The position numbers were made by a program, and so were the translations under genes. Shown in pieces: positions 49,783 through 63,213 of a stretch of 64,000 bases of DNA. The notes under the pieces are model-generated. The model was not told where the DNA came from. It was given only the letters and a program-made list of their open reading frames with translations, and made no database searches. Where the stretch lies: contig NC_068986.1 in assembly GCF_001194135.2 (NCBI RefSeq), positions 91,923,260 through 91,987,259 of the forward strand. The letters are read 5' to 3'. How positions within the stretch are numbered: the first letter of the stretch is position 1; every line of letters starts with the position of its first letter. This DNA comes from Octopus bimaculoides. Its lineage: Eukaryota.

Positions 49783-50799
49783 TCATCATCATCATCATCA
49801 TCATCATCGTTTAACGTCCGCTTTCCATGCTAGCATGGGTTGGACGATTTGACTGAGGACTGGTGAAACCGGATGGCAACACCAGGCATATACACACACA
49901 CACACACATACATATGTATATGCGTGTACAAATTTTCTTAAACATCTCCATGTTGTAATATAGCAAGTATATATGAATATACTATTCTGCATTATACATT
50001 CATGCATACATACACTCACTCACACGCACATGCTCACACTCATATATGTGCGTACGTACATTTATGTGTACATGTACATACACTCATACAATTGCACACA
50101 GCTTATACAACTACCTGAATACACACACACACGCATACATACACACAGAGTTGTATAAGCTGTATGCAGTTCTGTGTTGGTCTTTAATTAACCAACCACT
50201 CAAGAACTGTCTCTGTACATTACATCTAGCAAGTACCAACTGCTGCACCAATTCTATGTAACACTACTTAAGCTGCATCAGTCTTAGATGTAGTCTGCAA
50301 CTAAGTAACACTTTCATGTAAGGCTACAGTATAGGAAATAGTACTAGTGGTGGTGGTGGAGCATTAGTGTAAGTAATCACACTGTGTCAGTAGTTACTCT
50401 TGTAAGTATGCTTGATGCTTGCTTGTTTTGTTGTTTGTGTTGTTGTACTTGTGGTAGTTTGTCCTTAATGTTAATGGTGCTCTTGATTTGGTGGTGTTGT
50501 AGTTAATGTTATAGTGGTGATGTTGCATTTGATATTGAAGAGGGTGTTGGAGTTGTTGGTGGTAGTGATGTTGGTGTTGTGATCCAGCAGACCTATAATC
50601 ATAGTTGCTATTGCCATAATCACCCCATCTTTATTTTCATTTTATCTGGCATAGTCTATCTAGGACTGCATTATACAATGTCTCCTTCCAGTTTAAAACA
50701 GTAATGTTGGGTATGAGAAAAACTGCTATTTTTAGCAGGTTGAGTGACTATGTTAGGGCTCTTTCCTTGTTGGTCATTTTATTATTGTTGTTGCTTAAT

Positions 50800-50990
50800 C
50801 CCCCCCCCCCGACCTTTTCTGATTGAGCACACCTAAGGTCAAAAACATTCCAAATATGACCATCATGTCGTTGAAGAAGTATGCTGGACTCAATTATTTA
50901 ATCAGTCTTTTCTTTATTTAAGATATTAGGATGTGAGTTCAAAGAGATTTGGCTGCTGTTTCTAGCATGTTGTGCTACTTCATAGAGACT
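50800..50990 (+). repeat. Old dispersed repeat family E (representative copy; others at about 10840, 11200, 30520, 47750, 55490, 56570, 57910, 58690, 59370, 61140, 61860)
   Basis: Recurring motifs GACCTATGATCAA...TTCCAGCCATGACCATCCC and TTGGCTGCTATTTCTAGCAGG. Confidence 0.7.
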
Positions 50991-51019
50991 CCCTATTATT
51001 GGTATTGATGGTGTTGTCA

Positions 51020-51285
51020 GGTGGTGGTGATGGTGATGATGATAGTAGTAGTTGGTGATGGTGGTATTGGTGGTGTTGATGGTGGTGTTGGTGGTGTTGG
51101 TGGTGATGATTGTGGTGATGGTGGTGTAGATGGTGTTGGTGGCAGATAATATAGTAGGTGGTGTTGGTGGCAGTGATGATGGTAGGTGGTGTTGATGGTG
51201 GTAGCTTAGGTGGTATTGGTGTTAGTAATGATCATGGTGGTGTTGTTGGCAGTGGTTAGTGGTGGTGGTGCTGGTATTGTTGGTT
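51020..51285. repeat. (GGT/GAT)n trinucleotide low-complexity tract
   Basis: Read directly from the sequence. Confidence 0.9.
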
Positions 51286-51617
51286 CTATTGGTGTGGTTG
51301 GTGTAGAGGCAGTGTGTTGTTGTTGATGGCCTTACTGTCATCAGTGTTGTCAATTTGCATGTGAAGTACCCAAACAGGAATAACTGTAACCGCTCGAGTT
51401 CTCCTTGGAGTACCCAGCTCTACCCAAATACCACACTTAACTCTGCTGATTTTGTTATATGAAGCAGTTTGGAATAAAATATATTCATGTAAAGTCATAT
51501 CCAAATTGTTCAATTGCAATCAGATGTTACAAGACTTAACGCTTCAAGAGTAGTCCTGGGAGAAAATTCTCCATCTAGACATTTTATTTTGGGCTTTGAG
51601 TAATGTCATTAGCTCAT

Positions 51618-52110
51618 TCATCATCATCATCATCGTTTAACGTCCGCTTTCCATGCTAGCATTGGTTAGACGATTTGACTGAGGACTGGCAAACCAGATG
51701 GCTACACCAGGCTCCAATCTGATTTGGCAGAGTTTCTACAGCTGGATGCCCTTCCTAACGCCAACCACTCCGAGAGTGTAGTGGGTGCTTTTACGTGTCA
51801 CCAGCATGAAGGCCAGTCAGGCGGTACTGGCAATGGCCACACTCAAAATGGTGTTTTTTTACGTGCCACCTGCACAGGAGCCAGTCCAGCAGCACTGGCA
51901 ATGATCGCACTTGAATGTTTTTTCACATGCCACCGGCACAAGTGCCAGTAAGGTGACACTAGTAACAATCACGCTCAAATGGTGCTATTTACGTGCCACT
52001 GGCACGGGATCCAGACAGCTGCTCTGACAATGATCATGCTCAGATGATGCTCTTAGCATTCCACTGGTACAGATGCCAACACGATTTCGATTTCACTTGC
52101 CCCAACAGGA
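51618..52110 (-). mobile_element. Family C repeat, long copy
   Basis: Tail motif plus several internal ~65-bp subrepeats. Confidence 0.85.
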
Positions 52111-53063
52111 CCAAGGAATTCACACTCCAGCACAAACATTCTGTCTGCTCTTTTCATAAATATATTTCTACTACCATTAAAAATGGTGACTAATTGTTGT
52201 ATTTTATATAAAGATAAGGTACAAAATAAGGTACATAATAATCACAGATACAAACATTCACATACTTTCCTTGTACATGCACACATACACACATACTTAC
52301 ACAGAGTTGAAACACTGTTTGATTTTTCTTTTCAGCATTGATTGTTCACCATCCCACTTCCATTGCACACACACACACACAAACAAACATTCACATACCT
52401 CCCTTTTACATGCACACACATATACTCACACAGAGTTGAAACGCTGTTTGATTTTTTGTTTTTCACCATAGGACTTCCATCATCCCACTACCAAGTTTGC
52501 CATCACCCCTTCCTTCCTTATTCGTCTATCATCCCTTCCTTTCTCCCTCATGTGTTGTAATGGAGAAAAACACGAGTATTATTATGGTAGATACTTAACT
52601 GGAACTCCGTCCGTTACGATGACAAGGGTTCCAGTTGATCCAGTTAACGGAACAGCCTGCTTGTGAGATTAATGTACAAGCAGTTGAGCTCTCCACAGAT
52701 ACGCATGCCCTTAACATAGTTCTCAGGGGGATTCAGTGTCTGACAGAGTGTGACAAGGCCGGCCCTTTGAAATACAAGTACTACTTATTTTTACCAGCTG
52801 AGTGGACTGGAGTGACATAAAATAAAGTGCCTTGCTCAAAGACACAAGGCATCACTGGGAATCAAACTCATGACCTTATGATTCATCATCATCATCATCG
52901 TCGTTTAACCTCTGCTTTCCATGCTGGCATGGGTTGAACTGTTTGACTGAAGACTGGCAAGCCAGAAGACTGTACCAGGCTCCACTCTGATCTGGCAAGG
53001 TTTCTACAGAAACTTCAGGCCTTGTGCTTATACTAGAAAGGATTATTATTATTATTATTATTG

Positions 53064-53441
53064 TGGAGGCTCAATGGCCCAGTGGTTAGGGCAGCGGACT
53101 TGCGGTCTAAGGATCACGGTTTCGATTTCCAGACCGGGCGTTGTGAGTATTTATTGAGAGAAAACACCTAAAGCTCCACGAGGCTCCAGCAGGGGATGGT
53201 GTCGAACCCTGCTGTACTCTTTCACCACAACTTTCTCTCACTCTTACTTCCTGTTTCTTTTGTGCCTGTAATTCAAAGGGTCAGCCTTGTCACACTGTGT
53301 CACGCTGAATATCCCCGAGAACTACGTTAAGGGTACACGTGTCTGTGGAGTGCTCAGCCACTTGCATGTTAATTTCACAAGCATGCTGTTCCGTTGATCG
53401 GTTCAACTGGAACCCTCGATGTCGTAAGCGACGGAGTGTCA
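53064..53441 (+). mobile_element. SINE family D, full length, followed by (ATT)n/(AGT)n
   Basis: A-box, B-box and full body; matches 25201 and 30-352. Confidence 0.92.
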
Positions 53442-53443
53442 CC

Positions 53444-53474
<31 letters not shown>

Positions 53475-54140
53475 CATTATTATTATTATTATTATTATTA
53501 TTAGTAGTAGTAGTAGTAGTATAGTAGTTGTAGTATAGTAGTAGTAGTAGTAGTAGTAGTTGTAGTTGAAATACTAGAAGTAGACATTGATATTAATTGT
53601 AGTAGTAGTAGTAGTAGTAGCAGTGTGAAAGTAGTAGTAGTTGTTGATTTTGCTGCTGTCCAAGCATTTATTAATGTTGTTCTTGTTATTAGTGTTGTTA
53701 ACAATAATGTAAAGCTTGATGCAGGCGATAATGATGGTGAAGATGATGTGGTGGTGGTGGTGATGATAGTTATGGTAATGATGGTGGTGGTGGCAATGGT
53801 AGAGATGGTAGTGATGAAGATGAAGATTCAGTTGCTGTTGAGAGAGTGTGGAGGGTGTGGCTGTATGTGCAGTCATGTAAGTATAGTGCATGTGTGCGAG
53901 GTATATGGTTTGTGTGTGCGTGTGTGTGTGTGTGAGTGTGGCATGTATACAAATGTATTTTGCACTCAGATACACAGATGCCATTTTACAGGTTACAGCA
54001 GGTTGTATTTACATGGGTGTGTAGTGTGTGTGTGTATGTGGTGTATATGTAAACGTGTTGGTGCAAACACACACACACACACACACACAAATACAGATAT
54101 ACATACATTCCATCATTCACATACATGCATGGTCCTACAT

Positions 54141-54171
<31 letters not shown>

Positions 54172-54779
54172 TGCAGATATACATACATTCCATCATTCAC
54201 ATACATGCATGGTCCTACATGCACACACATGCGCACTCACACACACACATGTGCACACACACATGTGCACACACACACACACACACTTAGAATCTGCATC
54301 ATGGCTGCACTGTTAGAGCAGCATGCAGACTCTTCATCTGAGCTGATCTGATTCCAAGATGTTGACAACTTTGACAGTAAGGCTTATCCACGCATGCACA
54401 CACACACATCTACATGCCCCACCCACATGTCCCATCCCATCTCATCTCGACCAAACCTTGTGATGGAACCATTGCACATCAGATGTCTGCAGATTGCAAA
54501 TTGGCAGTCTCTGTCTTGTTTCTATCATACTTTTTCTTCTCCTTTTCCTTACTCTTTTGCTTACACAGACATGTATTTATACATACATACATACATACAT
54601 ATGCACACCCATAAATATACATATATACACATATACCAACATGCAGTTAGGCACAGACACACAAACAGAAGCATACTACTATTTGTATGTAACACACAAA
54701 CCTTTTATCTTCTTAAAGGAAACAAAACTCAATATTAAAGAAACCACATTTGCATTCACGTTTGCATATGAACATGCTG

Positions 54780-54810
<31 letters not shown>

Positions 54811-55084
54811 NNNNNNNNNNNNNNNNNNNNNNNNNNNNNNNNNNNNNNNNNNNNNNNNNNNNNNNNNNNNNNNNNNNNNNNNNNNNNNNNNNNNNNNNNN
54901 NNNNNNNNNNNNNNNNNNNNNNNNNNNNNNNNNNNNNNNNNNNNNNNNNNNNNNNNATATATATATATATTTATTTATATATATATATGTATATATAACA
55001 TAAACACATGCACACCTTTACAAATGCACACACATATCTACTTAGTTATCTGCATGCATAGCTGCAACTATTTACAACCATGTG

Positions 55085-55123
<39 letters not shown>

Positions 55124-55148
55124 ATATATATATTATACTTACAACTGC

Positions 55149-55188
<40 letters not shown>

Positions 55189-55413
55189 ATTATTCTTACA
55201 ACTGCATATATATATATATATACATGCACAAGCACATGCTGACATTTATTTATATATATATATGGATATATTTATGTAGATCTATACACATCTGTATATA
55301 CACATACATATAGACGCATATGCATGATATATACACTTTTAAGACTTAAACTGTCCTCATATTCAACTTGAAACCCTGTACTACTGCTCTCAGTAGTAGT
55401 AGTGGTATTTTTT

Positions 55414-55448
<35 letters not shown>

Positions 55449-55849
55449 TGTTGCTGTAATAATGGCAGTGGTAGTATTTGTTGTTGTTGTTTAGCCCCAG
55501 GTCAGTCTCCATCAAGTAAACTTAATATAAAAAGCATTCCAGCTGTGGCCACCCTGTCTGGTTTTAACAGCACACAGCATCCAGAACTACATTGTTAGTG
55601 TTTCATTCTTCTGTTGGCTTAGATCAGTTAACTATGGCCATACTGGAGCACTACTTTCAAAGGTTTAGTTATTCACATTAACCCCACTCCCAGTACTTTA
55701 TTTCATTCTTGCACTGATTTTATCAATCTCTATTTATTGCACTGCTAGGTTACAGGTTTTCAAAGATCATGATATGCACTGTGACCTTCAAGTTATAGTT
55801 TTGCTAAGATATAGTGTGAAAGTCTGAGAGGTTTTCTGAGCCACTCAGG

Positions 55850-56235
55850 ACATATTGAGTAGAGGTATAATGAGTTAGTAAGTGTTGTTGAGTCCAGATG
55901 CAATGAGTCAGTGAGTATGCGTTGAGTGGAGGTACAACTTATCAGTCAGTATGTCCATGAAAAGAGTAATACAATGAATCGGTGAGTACAAGTCGAGTGT
56001 GGTTTAATGAGTTAATGAGTACATGTTGAGTGGAGGTGCAATTTATCAGTCAGTATGTCCATGATTAGAGTAATAAAATGAATCTGTGGTTATATGTCAA
56101 GTATGGTTCAATGAGTCTGTGAATACATGTTGAGTGGAGGTGCAATTTATCAGTCAGTATGTCCATGATAAGAGTAAAACAATGAATTGGTGAGTACATA
56201 TTGAGTGTGGTTCAATGAGTTTGTGAATATATGTT
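55850..56235. repeat. Tandem array with a 104-bp higher-order unit built from ~35-bp subunits
   Basis: GTTGAGTGGAGGT.CAA.TTATCAGTCAGTATGTCCATGA starts at 55921, 56025 and 56129. Confidence 0.85.
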
Positions 56236-56899
56236 CTTTGTTGTATTGTACAATGTAGTCCATTTCAAGCAATTACATAGGCCATTGACCACTGAACTGG
56301 TGGCACATCCACCAAGCTAGCCCAGTGAGAAAGTTACTAGAAAGAAACTTAGTGGGATAAAGGCAAGGCCTGAGTATAATACAATGAGTCATTGAGCCTA
56401 TATTGATTGGAGTTCACTGAATCATATTGATACATGAAAGACAAGGATGTAGATAAGATCGATACTTAGTTGGCTCAATAGTTTCAGATTTAACAATAAT
56501 ATTTATCTGTCCAGCAGAGGGCTTAAAGCTGGAAAAATGATTGATTTTGTAGTGTGGTAGCAGTTGTCGTTATTTAGTCTAGATCAGCCATGGTTGAAAT
56601 GACCTATGATCAAGAGTATTCCAGCCATGACCATCCCATATTTTTACATATTTTATCTCAGATTACATTATTCAATATATCATGATTTTTTTTACTATGA
56701 TAAACATGGTGATCAGAGGCACATGGCTTAGTGGTTAGGGTGTTGGACTCATGATCGTAAAATTGTGGTTTTGATTCCTGGACCAGGCAGTACATTGTAT
56801 TGTTGAGCAAGACACTTCATTTCACATTGCGCCAATCCACTCACCTGGTAAAAATGAGTAATCCTGGGACAGACCAGGGTCCTGTCCATGGAGGTATAT

Positions 56900-57210
56900 C
56901 ATCATCATCAGCATCATCATCGTTTAACGTCCGCTTTCCATGCTAGCATGGGTTGGACAATTTGACTGAGGACTGGCGAACCAGATGGCTGCACCAGGCT
57001 TCAATCTGATCTGGCAGAGTTTCTACAACTGAATGCCCTTCCTAATGCCCACCACTCCGAGAGTGTAGTGGGTGCTTTTACGTGACACCGGCATGAGGGC
57101 CAGTCACGTGGTACTGGCAATGGCCACGCTCAAAAAGGTGTTTTTTACATGCCACCTGCACGGGAGCCAGTCCAGCAGCACTGGCAACGACCTTGCTTGA
57201 ATGATTTTTT
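56900..57210 (-). mobile_element. Family C repeat
   Basis: Family C consensus. Confidence 0.85.
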
Positions 57211-57323
57211 ATGTATATATTCGACCTCGCTCGAATTATTTTCTATATATGTATTTTCTATATATATAAGAAATTAACTATGTAAAAGTCAATACAAAGA
57301 GTACTTCATCCAATGAGATTTCC

Positions 57324-57608
57324 ATATTACTAAACATTTCAACTACATGTACTTATCAAGCTACTAATAGTTTCCCATACATGCGTGCATTCATCAGGTG
57401 CCAATTGCACTTTACTCCCAAAACTTTAGTTTAATTCCTCTATTGAGTTTAATTCCTCTATTGAGTTTAATTCCTCTATTGAGTTTAATTCCGCTATTTA
57501 AACTAAAGTTTTGGGAGTATAGTGCGATTGGCACCTGATGAACATACGCATGTATGGGAAACTATTAGTTGCGCAATAAGTACATATAGTTGAAATGTTT
57601 AGTAATAT
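57324..57608. repeat. Fold-back with ~108-bp arms (each with CTGATGA...GAAAC) around an 18-bp tandem spacer
   Basis: The arms are complementary. Spacer unit GTTTAATTCCTCTATTGA starts at 57429, 57447, 57465 and 57483. Confidence 0.85.
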
Positions 57609-57614
57609 ATATAT

Positions 57615-57777
57615 ATCTGTAAATAATATGTGACAATTATTTGGTAGCCATGATAAAACTGAGTTTTGGATGTTGGGGTGGAAACCCACACCGCCATTTC
57701 TTCAGTTATCTGGCTATCGGAAAATGCATGGAGTTTTATCATGGCTACCGAATAATTGTCACATATTATTTACAGAT
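57615..57777. repeat. Fold-back with 46-bp arms and a degenerate HHR-like core
   Basis: ATCTGTAAATAATATGTGACAATTATTTGGTAGCCATGATAAAACT and its inverted copy at 57732-57777. Confidence 0.8.
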
Positions 57778-57786
57778 AAATTCCTC

Positions 57787-57829
<43 letters not shown>

Positions 57830-59534
57830 GAGGGAAACTGAGAAACCAGTCCTGTGCTCCTTACAAAGTAATGTGGACTAATAAACATGGTAAACTGTAA
57901 TTGGAGAGAAATTTTACTGCTATTTCTACCAGTTTGAGTGGCTATATTTAGGCTCTCCTGTTGTCTATCAGTTTAGAAATTTGAGAATGTTTCTCTAATG
58001 TCATAGACTACCTTGCCAAAGCAATTGTTGTGCTGATTGACTGTCAGCAAACTCTTTGATACAGATTCATCATCATCATCAACCTCATTTTAACATCCAC
58101 TTTTCTATGTTTGCACGAATCAGACAGAGTTTATTGATGTAAATTTTATAGAGTTGGATACCCTTCCTGTCTGTCTCCAATCCTTATCCAAGCAGGATAA
58201 TATTTCCCTGTGACCAAACATGTCTTTGCAGAATATTAGAAATAAATTACATTTAGTTACAGCAATGCATGGCTGCAATCCTATGACTGAAACAAGTAAA
58301 GAAGGAAAAAAAGATAGAAAACAGATTCTAAAAAACTGGTAGGAGACCTAGGGGTAGACCAACAACAAGATGGTTGGATTACATCAATAGTCTTAGTTGA
58401 TCACATTTGGGAATCCAGCCAGAGATTCTAATGACACTTACTTCTGATAAAGCCTTATGGAGTAGGTTCCTAAGGACTCTAACCAAATGTCCCTTTCAGG
58501 AATAGTTGACAGTAAAGATGGATGGGTGTATAGAAGAAAGATATTACATTGTACCAGTGAAATATTCATTAATTAGACAGACTTACACCAACACCAATGA
58601 ATTGTACCTCACTGTGGTACAAATGAATGGGTTTTGTGTACCTTTGTTTTTGGTATTTGGTACTTAATTCTCCACATCATTGAACCCCGTGTTTCATTGA
58701 GCAGACCCATAATCAATGTTACTCAGCCATTGACCATCCCATCTTCTTTCCAAGCTAGTATACTCAGAACTACATCATTATCCAATGTGACCTTCATTTT
58801 TTTGAGATATAAGGCAAACTAAGCTGCTGTTTCTAATGGTCAAGTGACTGGTAGAGGCTACTCAGAAGGATGATTTTTTTTGTTAAAGTGTTTCTTTCAA
58901 TAAGATGTTCTTTCTGTTACTAACCATCAAACTGAGAATTAGGGAGTGGAACCTTGTTTCTTCAGCAGTCAGGCAAACTGAGTATCTTACTCAAGGTCAC
59001 AAAACCAGTTGTAATATCATCGTCATTGTCATCATCATCATCATTTAATATCTAGTTTCCATGCTGGCTGGCATGGGTTGGATGGTTTGATAGGATTCAG
59101 AGAACCCCAGAGCCATGCTAAGCTCCAATATTAGCTTTGGCATAGTTTCAATGGCTGGGTGATCTTTCTAATTCCAGTGCCGAATGCCTTCCTAACACCA
59201 ATATAACATTTGGTTTGAAATCATTGCAATGTGATCAGCAATCCTGAATTTTAATCTCTGAGCCATTGTGACTTCCGAGTTGATCTACCATTTCCGGTGC
59301 CATCTGATACTATGAGAAGGTGGGCCCAAGAAATCTATTTGCTGTTGCTTTTTAATTTCAAATTGGCCCTAATTAAACAGACTTATGATCAATAACATTC
59401 CACCTTTGACCATCCTGTTTTTATTATTATCACAGTTATGTACACTATCAACATTATCCAATGTGTCTTTCATTTTTTGTAGACAGTAGAATGTGGTATG
59501 AGGAATATTTGATTGTTATTTCTAGCAAGGCGTA

Positions 59535-59701
59535 GGAGTGGCTGTGTGGTAAGTAGCTTGCTTACCAACCACATGGCTCCGGGCTCAGTCCCACTACGTG
59601 GCATCTTGGGCAAGTGTCTTTTACTATAGCCTTGGGCCGACCAAAGCCTTGTGAGTGGATTTGGTAGATGGAAACTGAGAAAGAAGCCCGTCGTATATAT
59701 G

Positions 59702-59736
<35 letters not shown>

Positions 59737-59954
59737 ATGTGTTTGTGTGTCTGTGTTTGTTCCCCCAACTTCGCTTGACAACCAATGCTGGTGTGTTTAC
59801 ATCCCCGTAACTTAGCAGTTCAGCAAAAGAGACTGATAGAATAAGTACTAGGCTTCCAAAGAATAAATCCTGGGGTCGATTTGCTTGACTAAAAGGCAGT
59901 GCTCCAGCATAGCCACAGTCAAAAGACTGAAACATGTAAAAGAGTAAAGAGTAA
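59535..59954 (+). mobile_element. SINE family A, full length
   Basis: Matches 14898-15283. Confidence 0.9.
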
Positions 59955-60585
59955 GTCAAGTGACTGTGTAACATTTTGCATGTTAGCTTAAAGATGTTTG
60001 GTTGTTGTTGTTGGCGTCGATGTTATTGCATCAGACTGCATGTAATAGAAAAATCATTTTCAAATAATCCTTTATCAACTTGATACGTAAAGATTATAGT
60101 AAGTGATGGAGGCGGTGGTGGTGGTGGTGGTTGTGTTGCTGTTGGTGACGGCAGCGGTGACATGGTATTGATGGTAATGCTGTTATGATGTAGGTCATGG
60201 TGAGTTGTTATGATACTGGTGGTTATTTTATGGTGGTAAATTGGGGGTGTCGTAATGGTAGTGGCGGTGGTAGTAGTATAATCTGGTTGGTTAGGGCTGG
60301 CTGGGGTTAGGGTTAATGTCTGTGATAATTTTACAGACTGATCTGATTAATATAAATATATATTGAATTATATACATTATAATTATAAGTTATATAAATT
60401 ATAGGTCAAGCATATCTTATCTGTGTCATTTAGAAGCTTGCTTTGCAACCATATAGCTTTGGGTTCAATCCCATTGTATGGAACCTTGGGCAAGTATCTT
60501 CCTCTATAACACTGAGCCAATCAGTGAGTGAATTTGGTGGAGGAAAACTTTGTGGAAGCTTGACATGTATATATATGTGTGTGTA

Positions 60586-60668
<83 letters not shown>

Positions 60669-60841
60669 GCAGTTTTGTTTCTGTATTGAACATCCATCAA
60701 GGGCATTCATATGAGAATGGATTGGATGGTTTGACAGGAGCTGCTGAACCAGAGGACTGCACCAAGCTGCAATGTCTGCATTGGCATGGTTTCTATGTCT
60801 GAATGCCCTTCCTAATACCATCCACTTTATAGAGTATATGA

Positions 60842-61075
60842 AGGCGGCGAGCTGGCAGAAACATTAGCATGCTGGGCAAAATGCTTAGCTGTATTTTGTC
60901 TGCCATTACGTTCAGAGTTCAAATTCCGCCGAGGTTGACTTTGCTTTCATCCTTCCGGGGTCGATAAATTAAGTACCAGTTACGCACTGGGGTAAATATT
61001 ATCGACTTAATCCCTTTGTCTGTCCTTGTTTGTCCCAACTATGTTTATCCCCTTGTGGGCAATAAAGAAATAAGA
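60842..61075 (+). mobile_element. SINE family B, full length
   Basis: Matches 15957-16187. Confidence 0.9.
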
Positions 61076-61347
61076 ATATACTGAGAGCTATATATCAATT
61101 ACTTCGTGGAAGAATCATTGTCGTCATTTTGAGTGAAATTGATTGCTATTTCTAGCAGTTTGAGGAACTGCAGCAATCCTCTCTCACTGACTTGCTTTCT
61201 AGCAAGCATCTAGAAGTTCCTTGTTGATTTAACAGCTATGTTGTTGTTGTTGGTGGTGGTGGTGGCGGCCATTGTTCTCAGGATGATAATCGCAGTGCTG
61301 TAATATGATGATGATAATGATGATGATGGTTATACAAGGCTTCATAT

Positions 61348-61378
<31 letters not shown>

Positions 61379-61381
61379 CAG

Positions 61382-61446
61382 TCTGGTGGTAAAACAGCTG
61401 CCTCTCTCCACATGGCCAGATCTATTTGTCGAAGAGCTGAGCGAAC
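61382..61446 (+). CDS. MMAB: MMAB coding exon 7 (SGGKTAASLHMARSICRRAER), 65 nt
   Basis: Acceptor TTTACAG, donor AC|GTGAGT. Contains the catalytic R..CRRAER motif. Confidence 0.96.
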
Positions 61447-63213
61447 GTGAGTAACCCTGTTTCATAATACTGCTTCACCTTCTTTTATCCTTTTCCAACT
61501 GACACACTTCCTCACTCATGCTTTGGTTTGTCTTGAAGATAAAAATCAATCTGACTGATTGGCGATTACCCCATCACCAAACACACTCTACAACCTCTTA
61601 TTTCGAGCCTCCATTCTGCTTCTCTGACTTCTACTACAATGGTCTTCCCCTCTGAACAGTTAGCTACACATAAGCTCATCCCATCTGTCTCTCCTTCTCC
61701 CATTACCTTTACTGGGTCTCTTAACTTCTCTCCCTAACAAGACATTGAACTTCTGTTTTACAGTTTCCCATACAGTTTATGTTATGAGTAAATTTGTAAA
61801 TTGTAAAGGGATCATCCATTGATGTCGACCTCATATTTACTACATGATGTTTTTGTTGTTTAGTGACAGGGAGCCTTGATCCAGTAAGCCTATGATCAAA
61901 GGTGTTCCAGGTCTAATTAGCTGGTCTTTTTTTTCTCTGTCTTAGGTATGGTGCATCTGGAATCATCATTTCATCATTTAACGTCCACTTTCCATGCTAG
62001 CATGGGTTGGATGATTTGATTGGGGACTGGCGAACCAGATGGCTACACCAGACTCCAATCTGATCTGGTAGAGTTTCTACAGCTGGATGTCCTTCCTAAC
62101 GCCAACCAGTAGTGGGTGCTTTTTTACGTGCCACCGGCACAAGTGCCAGTCAGGCGAAGCTGGAACAGTAACTCAGATATATGCAAGAATAGGTTTAACT
62201 TCCAATACTTGAAAACTTGAGGTGTTTACATCTGAGACATGCACATCTTGCTATTTTGGAAATCTGCACCTCAAATATACTCAAGAATAATGCAAGACTC
62301 AAGAAAATGGTGTAACTGAGGCTACTGATTTTAGTACACAAGTAGATATATCAGCATATAAAATGGTATGCTGCATTTGCAAAGCTAGCAGTGACATAAT
62401 AAAACTGATTATATATTTGGTATCAAATATATCCAAGAAGCGCCCCAAATGTAACCAAGAATAAGTCTAACTTCTAAGATATCACGTTGGTCAGTGTTGT
62501 TGCAGTCAAGTATTTTTAATGGCAATTTTTAAGCATAAGGGCTATATCAGAGAAGTAAAAAGAAAACTCAGTGAATGTTTCATTCAGTATCTGTAAATTA
62601 GTCAAAAATAAATCTTAGTTATAAGTCATCAAAGGTTGTTGTTGCTCAGTGTTATTATTATCACAAGGGCAAGGGTGATTGACTTGACATCATCATTAGG
62701 GCATCTGGAAAAATGCCTTGCAGTATTTGTTCCAGATCTTTACTATTTGTACTTAAATCCTGCTGAGGGATTTAAACCCCCGGCATCAATAAATAAAGTA
62801 CCAGTCATGTATTTGATGTAACTTACTGGTACTCTCAGCTCAGAATTGTAGAGTTCATGACTAAATTAGGCGCACATATTTGAAGAATAATGGTGTGGCA
62901 GAAATAATTGTATTGGGTTAAATGTTATAAAACCCTCAGGGATTTATAAAATATGTAATAGGCATGTACTGGTGTTATTTTTAACCTTGTGCTGTATGTG
63001 AGAAATCATTGTCATCACTGCCTCAGCTGCTGCTGTCATTGTTGTCGTTATTTAGCCCTTGTGTCCTCTAATCTGGTAGACCAAAGCAAAAAGAGTATTA
63101 CTCCCACCCTTACTTTACATGTAAAAGGATCCTAGTTCAAACTCAGCCTGGCCATGTGCACTTTTAGTGACAATTGTTGATCAAATGTATTATACTGTGG
63201 GATAGTTAAAGAT

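Noticed and set aside
54070-54235. Local ~80-bp duplications (also 52271-52470 and 55081-55220)
   Set aside because: These are slippage duplications within CA/TA microsatellite fields.
57429-57500. Short tandem units that superficially resemble a CRISPR array
   Set aside because: There are no spacers, the context is eukaryotic, and it is a plain 18-bp tandem repeat.
14898-59954. tRNA-like heads of SINE families A, B and D as tRNA genes
   Set aside because: They continue into SINE bodies and lack complete cloverleaves.
334-60821. Long ORFs in the track made of X runs or HT/YI/CV/VV repeats (e.g. 28934-29920, 43912-45114, 53625-54290, 16279-16659)
   Set aside because: They are artefacts of N-gaps and microsatellites, with no protein-like content.
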